The notes beneath the pieces are model-generated. The model did no database searches and was not told where the DNA came from. It saw nothing but the letters and a program-made list of their open reading frames with translations. A program made the position numbers and the translations under genes. From Candidatus Aegiribacteria sp. (GTDB lineage: Bacteria > Fermentibacterota > Fermentibacteria > Fermentibacterales > JCC-6): a stretch of 64,000 nucleotides of DNA. The DNA lies in NCBI GenBank assembly GCA_030594645.1, contig JAUVEU010000008.1:1127-65126 (forward strand), in the 5' to 3' direction. Positions 18,997 through 27,852 of the stretch are shown piece after piece (the first letter of the stretch is position 1; the number at the start of each line of letters is the position of its first letter).

Positions 18997-20100
18997 TTGG
19001 AAATACTGATGAAATTACTTTCCGTGCTGCTTGTGTTCATGTCAGTTCTGCTCTCGTCCGGGGTTCAGGCATGGGGTTTCCATGACGCGTTGGAATACGG
19101 TACTCCACTGATCTGCGTTACACCAAAATCAACTGCTATGGGCGGCGTCTGGTCTCTACCTTCAAGCGGCCCGGCGTCGGTATTCCTCAACCCCGCTGAG
19201 CTGTCCATGCTTGACAGAACCGAAATAACAATGGGAACCGGTCTGGTTCAGTGGCACTCTTATGTACACGGAGAATTAGGTTTTGATCATCATGATTCCG
19301 GAATTGCCCTGGGAACCTTCACAGCTGCAGCAGGAACAAGGATATCAGATGCTGTTTCGATCGGAGCAGGTATTTCAAGGATCTCCGATTTCGGGTTTGA
19401 AGGAGTTAACAAACTCATAGATAAGATGGGGTATGGCCTTTACGAGATCGTCGCTATAGATATACTCGATTCTCATGGTTCCCTCTGGGAACTTAACGGA
19501 GGGGTCTCTGTTGAACTGGCTGACTGGCTCAAAGCCGGAGCATCAGGCGGGCTCAGATTCGGCAGCGGATCCTGGACAATGATACATACCGTAACTAATC
19601 AGTCATCTCCAGACGACACGACAAGCGGAGAGTGGGAAGAATCAGACATTTGTGCTCACATAGGTTTTCTCATGCCCTTTGAATTCGGAACTTTCGGGAT
19701 ATCAGGCACGAACTCGAGTGACCGTTACCGATCCAGAGTAGCTGCAGGATTCCAGAAGGATTTTGAGATCCTGTACGGAAGCACGATCGGCATCGAGTTC
19801 GATATACAGGACATTGAAAATGAACCTGAGATATCCGGCAGGTTTTTCGGATACATGGCGGAGATGCTCCCTAACACCCGATCGATTTACAGCGTTGGTT
19901 TCATCAGGCCATCCAACTTTCACAGAGCCGCGCTTTCCATCTCAACAGGAGCATGTATAGATTTTGACAGATTTGGTATTGACCTTGCCATTTCCTGGAA
20001 GGGAAAAAGCAGAGACGGACACAGCTTCCCTGATGAATATATCGCACATATAGACGACTCCGGCACCTATTACAACGTCGGATTAAACTGGAAACTGTAA
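18997..20100 (+). CDS. Outer-membrane beta-barrel protein, FadL/TodX/PorV-like (paralog B, tandem duplicate).
   Basis: Colinear with 17819..18916 at about 55% identity (AWGFHDALEYG...AMGGVWS...NPAEL...LNWKL). Confidence 0.6.
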   Translation: MEILMKLLSVLLVFMSVLLSSGVQAWGFHDALEYGTPLICVTPKSTAMGGVWSLPSSGPASVFLNPAELSMLDRTEITMGTGLVQWHSYVHGELGFDHHDSGIALGTFTAAAGTRISDAVSIGAGISRISDFGFEGVNKLIDKMGYGLYEIVAIDILDSHGSLWELNGGVSVELADWLKAGASGGLRFGSGSWTMIHTVTNQSSPDDTTSGEWEESDICAHIGFLMPFEFGTFGISGTNSSDRYRSRVAAGFQKDFEILYGSTIGIEFDIQDIENEPEISGRFFGYMAEMLPNTRSIYSVGFIRPSNFHRAALSISTGACIDFDRFGIDLAISWKGKSRDGHSFPDEYIAHIDDSGTYYNVGLNWKL

Positions 20101-20104
20101 CCCT

Positions 20105-20404
20105 TCAGGGTCTGATCTGTTCAGCTATGGATTTGGCGTAATCATTCAGTTCATCTTCCATGTTCTGCCAGGATCCGCGTACGAACATCACGAGTTCAGG
20201 GGTAATATCCACTCGGAACTCTTCACATCTGACAAATGAAGTATCCCCGGCAACATGGGATACCCGCCTGCCCATTATCTCACAGAAGCGAATATTCAAT
20301 CCGTGAAATAGATTCGGAAAATCAGCCGCTTCCGATTCAAGTATTTTCCTTACATCTTTACTGACTGACAGATCGCATCTCCTCTCACCAGTGCCGGTTG
20401 ACAA
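20105..20404 (-). CDS. Hypothetical small protein of 99 aa.
   Basis: ORF only, with no recognisable motif. Convergent with the OMP gene. Confidence 0.3.
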   Translation of the reverse strand: MSTGTGERRCDLSVSKDVRKILESEAADFPNLFHGLNIRFCEIMGRRVSHVAGDTSFVRCEEFRVDITPELVMFVRGSWQNMEDELNDYAKSIAEQIRP

Positions 20405-20467
20405 TCTCTTCCTGAAATCGAAATATACATTACTTATGTATTCATAATATCTGAAAGAAAGGGAAAA

Positions 20468-20947
20468 ATGAAAACACTTGCCCTGTCATCCGTAATTCTG
20501 CTGGCGGTATTCCTCGCTTGCGGTGGTAACGAAAATCCGGGAGACGCCGTAACAGAAATGTTTGAAGCCATCCAGGCCGGTAACGGCGAAAGAGCAGTAT
20601 CGTTCATGTCCGGCAGCGCTCTTGAGGAAATGGAGATCCAGCTGGAAACCATCAAACTGAATCCCCAGATGTCTGCTCAGCAGCTCAGCACCATGGGAAT
20701 AGAAATTGATGCGGACGAAATCCCTGACATGACCGCAAAGGATTTCATGATTGCAATGATTTCTTCTCCAATGATAGCAGGCATGATGCAGTCAGCAGAA
20801 ATTAGTGTTGGAGAAGTCACAATCGATGGAGATATAGCACGGGTTGAAGTTACATCCTCCATTATGGGCCAGACTGAAACCAACATCATTGATGTAGTGC
20901 GCGAAGATGGAAAATGGAAGGTTACCGAATTCGGAATGAATTTGTAG
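20468..20947 (+). CDS. Lipoprotein of unknown function.
   Basis: Lipobox LLAVFLACGG. Paralogous to the C-terminal domain of the repeat protein at the window start. Confidence 0.6.
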   Translation: MKTLALSSVILLAVFLACGGNENPGDAVTEMFEAIQAGNGERAVSFMSGSALEEMEIQLETIKLNPQMSAQQLSTMGIEIDADEIPDMTAKDFMIAMISSPMIAGMMQSAEISVGEVTIDGDIARVEVTSSIMGQTETNIIDVVREDGKWKVTEFGMNL

Positions 20948-20953
20948 TACTTG

Positions 20954-21110
20954 TAGGGTCAGGTCTTGCATTCAAGCATTTATTACTGCATTTCGTCCTA
21001 GGAAGAATATAAATGCTTGAATGCAAGAGCTGACCCTACTGCAACCCTAGTTTATTACTATATTTCATTATAGGAAGAACATAAATGCTTGAATGCAAGA
21101 CCTGACCCTA
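20954..21110. repeat. Three copies of a roughly 40-bp element (taggaagaa[t/c]ataaatgcttgaatgcaaga[g/c]ctgacccta): an inverted copy at 20954-20983 and direct copies at 20999-21038 and 21071-21110.
   Basis: Copies 1 and 2 form a hairpin with a 30-bp stem (one mismatch) and a 25-nt loop, 6 nt after the stop codon of the 20468 gene. Copy 3 ends 2 nt before the stop of the convergent radical-SAM gene. Confidence 0.85.
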
Positions 21111-21112
21111 TT

Positions 21113-22585
21113 CTAGAGGTATAGATCCCTTTCGCCATTTCTAACACGTTCAAGCAGTTCAGATACTCTAATTCTCAGATCTTCTCCAGGCAGCCTGCGA
21201 AGTTCTTCCTCCAGAAGTATCCAGCCCTTTTCCTTTGTCTGCTCCGACGCGTAGTCATCAAGATACTCGGCAAAGGTGAGAATTGCGTTCGGCATGCAAA
21301 GTGTGTGTACCTTCCCGCTTTTCGCTATGTCCATGAAGTAGTGACCGGTTCTGCCGCACCTGTAACCTGCGGTACAGAAGCTGGTGATCATTCCCAGGTC
21401 AACCAGATACGATATCACTTCCTCCAGTGTGCGGTTGTCAGCAAGTTCGAACTGCTGCCTGTCTCCCCCGGTCTTACCAGTTGCATAGCACCCTATGCCG
21501 ATGTTCGATCCCGCGTCAAGCTGGGTAACACCAATTGAAATGATACTGTTACGCACAGACTGAGGTTCTCTTGCTGTCAGGATCATGCCTGTGTAGGGAA
21601 CTGACAGCCTTATAACCCCAACGAGCTTTCTGAAAGATTCATCGTCGATGAGATGCTCAGGATTCTCAACGAAGGGAGTATTCAGGGCAGGTTCAAGTCT
21701 TGGGAAACTGATGGTATGCGGGCCCACTCCGCCGAATTTCTCCTCGAGGTCAATTGTGTGCAGCAGGAGTGACATCACCTCGAAACGGTAATCGACCAGT
21801 CCGAAGAGAGCTCCGATTCCCACATCATCCACACCTGCTTCCATTGCTCTGTGAAGAGCGTACAGTCTCCATCTCATGTTTCCTTTAAGGGTATCGGCAG
21901 GGTGAAGACTGCGATACGTTGCCGGGTGATATGTCTCCTGGAATACCTGGTATGTTCCAATGCCAACTTCAGACAGTTTTTTGAGGTCAGCAATCGGGAG
22001 AGGCGCCGCATTGATATTTGCTCTGCGGATTTCGTCTCCGCTATGCTTTGTTTCGTAGACCACTTTCAGCGTATGAGCAATAAAGTCAGCTCCGGTTGTG
22101 GGATGCTCACCGTAAACCATGATCAGCCGCTTGTGCCCTTCGGCAGTAAGCGCTCTTACTTCAGCTCTTATCTGATCATCTGACAGGCAGGTTCTGGTTA
22201 CAGCTGTGTTCTCCCGTCTGAAAGCGCAGTACGCACAGTTGTTAACGCAGTAATTCGATATGTACAAAGGAGCAAAAAATACAATCCTCCGACCGTACAC
22301 CTTCCGCTTGATACTGAGCCCGGCTCTGAATATTTCCTCCCACAGTTCATCATTCCGGCAATTCAGAAGCGCTGCTGTTTCGACAGGATTCAGGCGCTCA
22401 AGTTCAAGTGATTTCGCGATTATCTCCCGGATATATGAATCGGAAGGATTCTTCTGCTTCTCCAGCTGATTCCAGATCAGCTGTTCGTCAATAAAATCCT
22501 TCCCGTTGTTCAGATAACGGTCAATTTCATCCTGCTTTATCAGAGAATCAATCCATTTATTCTCCGCATCCGTGGGCATACTCAT
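21113..22585 (-). CDS. Radical SAM protein of the HydG/ThiH tyrosine-lyase family, HydG-like with a C-terminal cluster domain.
   Basis: FFAPLYISNYCVNNCAYCAFRREN (CxxxCxxC). Length 490 aa. The C-terminus FCTAGYRCGRTGHYFMDIAKSGKVHTLCMPNAILTFAEYL resembles the HydG auxiliary-cluster region. Confidence 0.65.
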   Translation of the reverse strand: MSMPTDAENKWIDSLIKQDEIDRYLNNGKDFIDEQLIWNQLEKQKNPSDSYIREIIAKSLELERLNPVETAALLNCRNDELWEEIFRAGLSIKRKVYGRRIVFFAPLYISNYCVNNCAYCAFRRENTAVTRTCLSDDQIRAEVRALTAEGHKRLIMVYGEHPTTGADFIAHTLKVVYETKHSGDEIRRANINAAPLPIADLKKLSEVGIGTYQVFQETYHPATYRSLHPADTLKGNMRWRLYALHRAMEAGVDDVGIGALFGLVDYRFEVMSLLLHTIDLEEKFGGVGPHTISFPRLEPALNTPFVENPEHLIDDESFRKLVGVIRLSVPYTGMILTAREPQSVRNSIISIGVTQLDAGSNIGIGCYATGKTGGDRQQFELADNRTLEEVISYLVDLGMITSFCTAGYRCGRTGHYFMDIAKSGKVHTLCMPNAILTFAEYLDDYASEQTKEKGWILLEEELRRLPGEDLRIRVSELLERVRNGERDLYL

Positions 22586-23406
22586 TTCCCGGTGCCTTTT
22601 CCCGATGAAACTTTTTCAGTGATATCACCCACGATTCTCTCGAAATCCTTCGCGACAAGCGAGTGTCCATTGTGGTATACAAATGGTTTTCCGCTGTCTC
22701 CGGAGATTACGATATCCAGTTCAAATGGGATTTTTCCGAGGAAGGGAACACCCATTTCCTCTGCCATCTCCTCTCCCCCGCCGGACCCGAACAATTCGGT
22801 CCTCTCTCCGCAATGAGGGCAGACAAAACCGGACATATTCTCAATAACTCCGAGTACGGGAAGATTCAATGCGCTGCAGAACTGAATCGAGCGTCTGACA
22901 TCCGAAAGCGACAGTTCCTGTGGTGTTGTTACAATAACGGCTCCCGACGGTTCAGGAATCAGCTGAACGACAGAAAGCGGTTCATCACCAGTACCTGGAG
23001 GACAGTCGATAACCATGTAATCCAGGTCTCCCCAGTTGACATCCTCGAACAGCTGCTTGATAACGTTCATCTTCATAGGTCCGCGCCAGATGACCGGATC
23101 GGTTCGATTTCCCAGCATGAAATCCACCGAGATGACGGAAAGAGCTCCCATCGTAACCGGATTGACCTTTTCTCCATCAGAAGTTAACCTGCTGCCCTCC
23201 AGACCAAGCAGTTTAGGGATGCTTGGACCATGAAAATCAGTATCAAGAAGGCCTGTTTTGAATCCCTGAAGTGATAGTGAGATCGCAAGATTTGCCGCAA
23301 CCGTGCTTTTACCTACTCCGCCTTTTCCTGAAAGAACCAGAATACTTCGCTCCGCGGGTGATTTCGAAAGCTTGTATGGAGCGGGGGCTTTCTGACCGTT
23401 ACTCAT
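22582..23406 (-). CDS. apbC: Mrp/NBP35/ApbC family Fe-S cluster carrier ATPase.
   Basis: Walker A GKGGVGKSTV and C-terminal CPHCG. The 4-nt overlap with the downstream radical SAM gene suggests a two-gene operon. Confidence 0.85.
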   Translation of the reverse strand: MSNGQKAPAPYKLSKSPAERSILVLSGKGGVGKSTVAANLAISLSLQGFKTGLLDTDFHGPSIPKLLGLEGSRLTSDGEKVNPVTMGALSVISVDFMLGNRTDPVIWRGPMKMNVIKQLFEDVNWGDLDYMVIDCPPGTGDEPLSVVQLIPEPSGAVIVTTPQELSLSDVRRSIQFCSALNLPVLGVIENMSGFVCPHCGERTELFGSGGGEEMAEEMGVPFLGKIPFELDIVISGDSGKPFVYHNGHSLVAKDFERIVGDITEKVSSGKGTGK

Positions 23407-23543
23407 GATTGAAACCTTCCGTATATTGGATATTTGTGATTGACCGGTTAGTATTAAAGATGTGATTAATATACTGGAAAAAAATCATTTCAGCATCTAA
23501 GTCAGATCAGCAAATTGGGGTCAATTACTACAGCAAGGATATC

Positions 23544-24239
23544 ATGCAGGATATAAAAAAATACAAAGCAGTCATATTTGATCTTGATGGAACACTTGTT
23601 GACTATGATGCCGCTCAGAAATACGCCGCAGCAAAAGCAATTGAACAAATAGGAAAACCGGTCTCTCCGGATCTTGAGAAGAAGGTTCTGGAACTGGTCA
23701 GCGGAGATGCTGTTCAGGATATCGAAGCCTGCAGGCCGGGATGGATGCCTGTGGATTCCGCGTATATGCAGGACATCTTCACAGAAGCGGGAGTGAATAT
23801 ACCCTCAGGGCTGTTCCTGAATAACTACTTTGAGGCGATGTCTCAGCACGGGGAACCGTTCCCGGGAGTTATAGACCTCCTCGTCTCACTGAAGAAAGAC
23901 CATACAATCGGACTTGTTTCAAACGGCCTGGGACCGGTTCAGAGAAAGAGACTGGTGAAGGCGGGCTTGATGGAATATCTGGACCTCCTGGTAATCAGCT
24001 GCGAGGTCGGATGCGCCAAACCTGACCCTGCGATACTGCAGCTTGCAATGAGGCTTGCTGATTCAACTCCGGAAACGACACTGTTTGTCGGTGACAGTAT
24101 TGGAAGCGATATGGGTGCTGCTGAAGCAGCGGGAGTTGATTTCGTATTCATAAAGCCTGACGGTGATTTTTCAGCAGAGGGACCGAGAGTACTGGAACTC
24201 AGGAAAACAGCTGATCTTCTGAAAGAGAAATATAGTTGA
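23544..24239 (+). CDS. HAD-superfamily hydrolase (subfamily IA).
   Basis: AVIFDLDGTLVD motif I, with downstream SNG and GDS..D motifs. Confidence 0.8.
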   Translation: MQDIKKYKAVIFDLDGTLVDYDAAQKYAAAKAIEQIGKPVSPDLEKKVLELVSGDAVQDIEACRPGWMPVDSAYMQDIFTEAGVNIPSGLFLNNYFEAMSQHGEPFPGVIDLLVSLKKDHTIGLVSNGLGPVQRKRLVKAGLMEYLDLLVISCEVGCAKPDPAILQLAMRLADSTPETTLFVGDSIGSDMGAAEAAGVDFVFIKPDGDFSAEGPRVLELRKTADLLKEKYS

Positions 24240-24295
24240 CCATAGCTATCCAGTATTCTAGAATAACATTAATACTCGAAACAGAAAGGTGAAAA

Positions 24296-24805
24296 ATGAA
24301 AAATTTGATGATCGTTCTTCTTGTAGTTTCCGTTTCCGCTTTCGCGGGTCTGGTTGAATTCGGCGGTCACGCCGGCTTATTCATACCGGTTGGAGACAAT
24401 ACGGATGGTATCAATACCAGTCCTATCTTCGGTGTGGATATCCTCGCTCATATGCCGATGTTCGCCATCGAAGGCAGCATCAGCTATGCTCCCATCAGTA
24501 CTGAAGATGCAGGCGGGTTAGTTGATTATTCCATGAGCATGATACCCATACTTGCCGGAATCCGTACTTATGCAGGACCTATCTTCTACGGTGGAGGCCT
24601 TGCTCTTCATGTAGTATCGGTGAGTTTCGAAGACGAATCAGGTGTTGAATACGATGATTCGGACAGTGAGTTCGGCGCCTACGGTAACGTGGGGATGATT
24701 TTTCCCACGGGAGGCATGGATATCGAAGCAAGTCTGAAATACCACCTTGTGGATTTCGACTTCGACGCGACCTGGATCGGTCTCACAGCCGGTATAAACT
24801 TCTAG
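24296..24805 (+). CDS. Small outer-membrane beta-barrel protein (OmpW/OmpA-like 8-strand barrel).
   Basis: Signal peptide, alternating amphipathic strands, C-terminal GINF. Confidence 0.55.
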   Translation: MKNLMIVLLVVSVSAFAGLVEFGGHAGLFIPVGDNTDGINTSPIFGVDILAHMPMFAIEGSISYAPISTEDAGGLVDYSMSMIPILAGIRTYAGPIFYGGGLALHVVSVSFEDESGVEYDDSDSEFGAYGNVGMIFPTGGMDIEASLKYHLVDFDFDATWIGLTAGINF

Positions 24806-24821
24806 CACCCACAGTTTCTCA

Positions 24822-24851
24822 GGGGACACCCACCGAAGAGTGGATGTCCCC
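24822..24851. terminator. Bidirectional intrinsic terminator hairpin (12-bp GC-rich stem, one mismatch, 6-nt loop) between convergent genes.
   Basis: ggggacacccac cgaaga gtggatgtcccc, which abuts the stop codon of the minus-strand MFS gene. Confidence 0.6.
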
Positions 24852-26138
24852 TTATGCTATTGCTCCTTCTGCTCTTCTCTTCCTGTACCTTCCAAGGAAC
24901 AGTATTCCTGCCATGATGAAAATCCCTGTTGAAACAAGAAAAGCCTCGGAGTACCCAAAATAATGAAGGAGAACACTTCCCAGTATAGGGGCGAAACTTG
25001 CGCGAAGAGCGGTCAGTGTTACGTGAAGCCCCTGGTATGTGGCTTCCTGCCCATGAGGAGCGAAGTGCATGCTTGAAATACTCCATGATATTCTGACCCC
25101 GGCCATTCCCAAGGCGAAAATCACAAAGGCAAAATAGAAGAAGAATGTTCCCATTTCAGGTATCCAGTTCCCGACTGCCATTGAAAGCGGATAGAAAGCA
25201 AGAACAAGACAGACTATCCCGGTAAATCTGAATGGGTGAAGCTTCTCAAGGCGGACCCCCAGGATAGGCGACAGGAAGAGTACTCCCATCTGTCCTATAA
25301 CACCTTTTGCCATCGCGTACTGCTCATAATCAAGACCCAGCCTGTCTGTAGCGAAGAAGGGAATAACAGGCAGTATCATCAGGAATGCTATACCGTACAG
25401 GAAAAAGAAGGCTTCGAAGCAGGCGAACTCCTTATCCCTTCTGAAAACAGCCCAGAGACTACCGAGGAAATGAGCCATTCCTTTCCCTGTGGATTTTTCC
25501 GACAGCCCCGGCTTCATTCCCCTGGCCATGATAGAGAGGAATACGGCCTGTCCTGCTCCGAAAATGGCTTCCACAACGAAGAGTATTCTGTAATACTGGA
25601 AATCAACATCGAGAAGAGCTCCGACGAACATTGCCATCGGAAGACTGAAGAGCGTAAGAATGCTGGACCACCATCCGAATAATCTTGCTCTGTTGCTCGA
25701 GCGGTATCGCTGTTTCATTATGGTGTTCTGGGCTGGAATGAGGACGCTGTTCGAAGCAAAGAACAACAGCAATAGAAGTAGAAGCACGTTGACATTCGAT
25801 GAGAAGAACATCAGGGCGACAGGAAGCCTTGAAAGAACACCGATCAGCAGGACAGCTCTATCGTATCTGCCACGGCTGTCGATCCAGTGATTAATGAATA
25901 CGGAGAGAAGGTTACTGATCGGCCAGAGCATCGTCAGCGCGGTTATCTGCCACTGGGCAGCGTGCAACCCGTTAACAGCGATATATTCGTGATTGATAAT
26001 AACACCCACCGATATCCCGCCGAAAATAGCGGATATCAGGTGGAGCTTGAAAGCCTTTTTCTCATCTTCACCCAGAGGACGGAAAAGTTTTCTGTCATTC
26101 CTGCCGGAAACGAACGGAAGCCATGAAAATAACTGCAT
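24852..26138 (-). CDS. MFS transporter.
   Basis: About 12 TM helices and a typical MFS loop organisation. Confidence 0.7.
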   Translation of the reverse strand: MQLFSWLPFVSGRNDRKLFRPLGEDEKKAFKLHLISAIFGGISVGVIINHEYIAVNGLHAAQWQITALTMLWPISNLLSVFINHWIDSRGRYDRAVLLIGVLSRLPVALMFFSSNVNVLLLLLLLFFASNSVLIPAQNTIMKQRYRSSNRARLFGWWSSILTLFSLPMAMFVGALLDVDFQYYRILFVVEAIFGAGQAVFLSIMARGMKPGLSEKSTGKGMAHFLGSLWAVFRRDKEFACFEAFFFLYGIAFLMILPVIPFFATDRLGLDYEQYAMAKGVIGQMGVLFLSPILGVRLEKLHPFRFTGIVCLVLAFYPLSMAVGNWIPEMGTFFFYFAFVIFALGMAGVRISWSISSMHFAPHGQEATYQGLHVTLTALRASFAPILGSVLLHYFGYSEAFLVSTGIFIMAGILFLGRYRKRRAEGAIA

Positions 26139-26139
26139 A

Positions 26140-26763
26140 TCAGCTCTCTGAAGATATTATACCCTTTGCTTCAAGCACATTGATGATCTGCTGTGCACAC
26201 TCCTCCGGAGTTGATTCATGGGTACGAAGAACCAGTTCAGGTGATTCAGGTTCCTCGTACGGAGCGGATATCCCTGTGAATGAGGGGATTTCTCCGCTTC
26301 TGGCCTTTTTGTATAACCCCTTTGGATCTCGTTCTTCCGCAACCTCAAGAGGTACATGTACATAGACTTCAATAAAATCATTCTCTCCCTGAATGGATCT
26401 TGCGAAATCCCTACCTTCGCGGTAAGGGCTTATGAAAGCGAGAATATTCAAAACACCAAAAGAACTGAAAAGTTTTGCGACTTCCGAAATTCTGCGGATG
26501 TTCTCCTTGCGATCCTGAGGTGAAAACCCCAGATCACTGTTAAGACCATGCCTGACATTGTCACCGTCAAGAATTGCGGTAAGAACACCTCTTCCATAAA
26601 GCATTTCTGAAAGGATATCCGCGATGGTGGATTTGCCTGAACCGGACAGCCCGGTCAGCCAGACCGTAGCTCCTCTATGTCCGAGAAGTTCTTCCCTGTC
26701 ACTTATATCAACCCCGTGATGATGCCACGTGATATTCTTATCCTTTGAATGTTCTGAATTCAT
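26140..26763 (-). CDS. cysC: Adenylylsulfate kinase.
   Basis: VWLTGLSGSGKSTIA P-loop with APS kinase motifs. Confidence 0.85.
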   Translation of the reverse strand: MNSEHSKDKNITWHHHGVDISDREELLGHRGATVWLTGLSGSGKSTIADILSEMLYGRGVLTAILDGDNVRHGLNSDLGFSPQDRKENIRRISEVAKLFSSFGVLNILAFISPYREGRDFARSIQGENDFIEVYVHVPLEVAEERDPKGLYKKARSGEIPSFTGISAPYEEPESPELVLRTHESTPEECAQQIINVLEAKGIISSES

Positions 26764-26885
26764 TATTCTCCAATCAAAAGCCAGGAAGGAAACGGTTCCT
26801 GTTTCGTGAAAACTTAACTATCATACGGTCTCCGGAATGGAATTGCTAACTCATTTGCATTAAAAGTATTTGAAAGGATATAACA

Positions 26886-27851
26886 GTGAATAAAGATATT
26901 ATCAGAGAAAACCTGTCCAGTTGCCTTACCGACACATCTTCCCTGAAACTCCCAGGCAGAATACGCGGCAAAGTCAGAGACATTTACGATCTGGGAGACA
27001 GTATCCTTCTCATCACTACTGACAGACAGAGCGCGTTCGACAGGGTACTGGCTTCAGTCCCGTTCAAAGGTCAGGTGCTTAATCAGGTAAGCGCGTTCTG
27101 GTTTGGCAGAACAGAGGATATCATACCCAATCATGTTATCTCCATACCGGATCCGAATGTTACACTTGCGATGAAATGTAAAGTATTCCCTGTGGAGTTC
27201 ATTATGCGGGGATACCTCACTGGCAGCACAAGTACTTCAGCATGGACACTTTACAATAACGGGGACAGAAATATCTGCGGTAATGTCCTCCCTGACGGCA
27301 TGGTGAAAAATCAGAAATTCCCTGAACCAATCATCACTCCCACAACAAAGAGCGAAGAGCATGATGAGTCAATCACTCCAGAAGAAATCGTTGATCAGAA
27401 ACTGATGTCTCAGGATGAATGGGACAAAGCCTCAGATATCGCCATGAAACTTTTCCGCAGAGGAATGGAGATAGCCTCTGAGCACGGCCTCATCCTTGTC
27501 GACACAAAATACGAACTCGGCAGGGACGGAAACGGCAATATTATTCTCGTGGATGAAATTCACACTCCCGATTCTTCACGCTACTGGATATCGGACAGTT
27601 ATCAGCACCTATTCAAAAATGGTGAAGAACCGGAGAATATCGACAAGGAATTTCTGAGACTGTGGTTCAGAGACAACTGTGATCCGTACAACGATGAGGA
27701 ACTCCCCAAAGCTCCGGATGAACTTGTTGTTGAACTCTCTTCCCGATACATAAAGCTCTACGAAATGATAACAGGTAAAGTATTTAAACCGGAGAACGAT
27801 GGAGATCCGATTGAGAGGCTGAAGAGGAACCTTTCGTCATTTATTACTTGA
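26886..27851 (+). CDS. purC: Phosphoribosylaminoimidazole-succinocarboxamide (SAICAR) synthase, long form.
   Basis: GKVRDIYD...TTDRQSAFD. Confidence 0.85.
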   Translation: MNKDIIRENLSSCLTDTSSLKLPGRIRGKVRDIYDLGDSILLITTDRQSAFDRVLASVPFKGQVLNQVSAFWFGRTEDIIPNHVISIPDPNVTLAMKCKVFPVEFIMRGYLTGSTSTSAWTLYNNGDRNICGNVLPDGMVKNQKFPEPIITPTTKSEEHDESITPEEIVDQKLMSQDEWDKASDIAMKLFRRGMEIASEHGLILVDTKYELGRDGNGNIILVDEIHTPDSSRYWISDSYQHLFKNGEEPENIDKEFLRLWFRDNCDPYNDEELPKAPDELVVELSSRYIKLYEMITGKVFKPENDGDPIERLKRNLSSFIT

Positions 27852-27852
27852 C

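Noticed and set aside
20100-20110. Small hairpin (accc ttca gggt) after the second OMP gene.
   Set aside because: A 4-bp stem is too weak to call a terminator.
26764-26885. Possible purine or ZTP riboswitch in the purC leader.
   Set aside because: No conserved riboswitch core sequences are recognisable.
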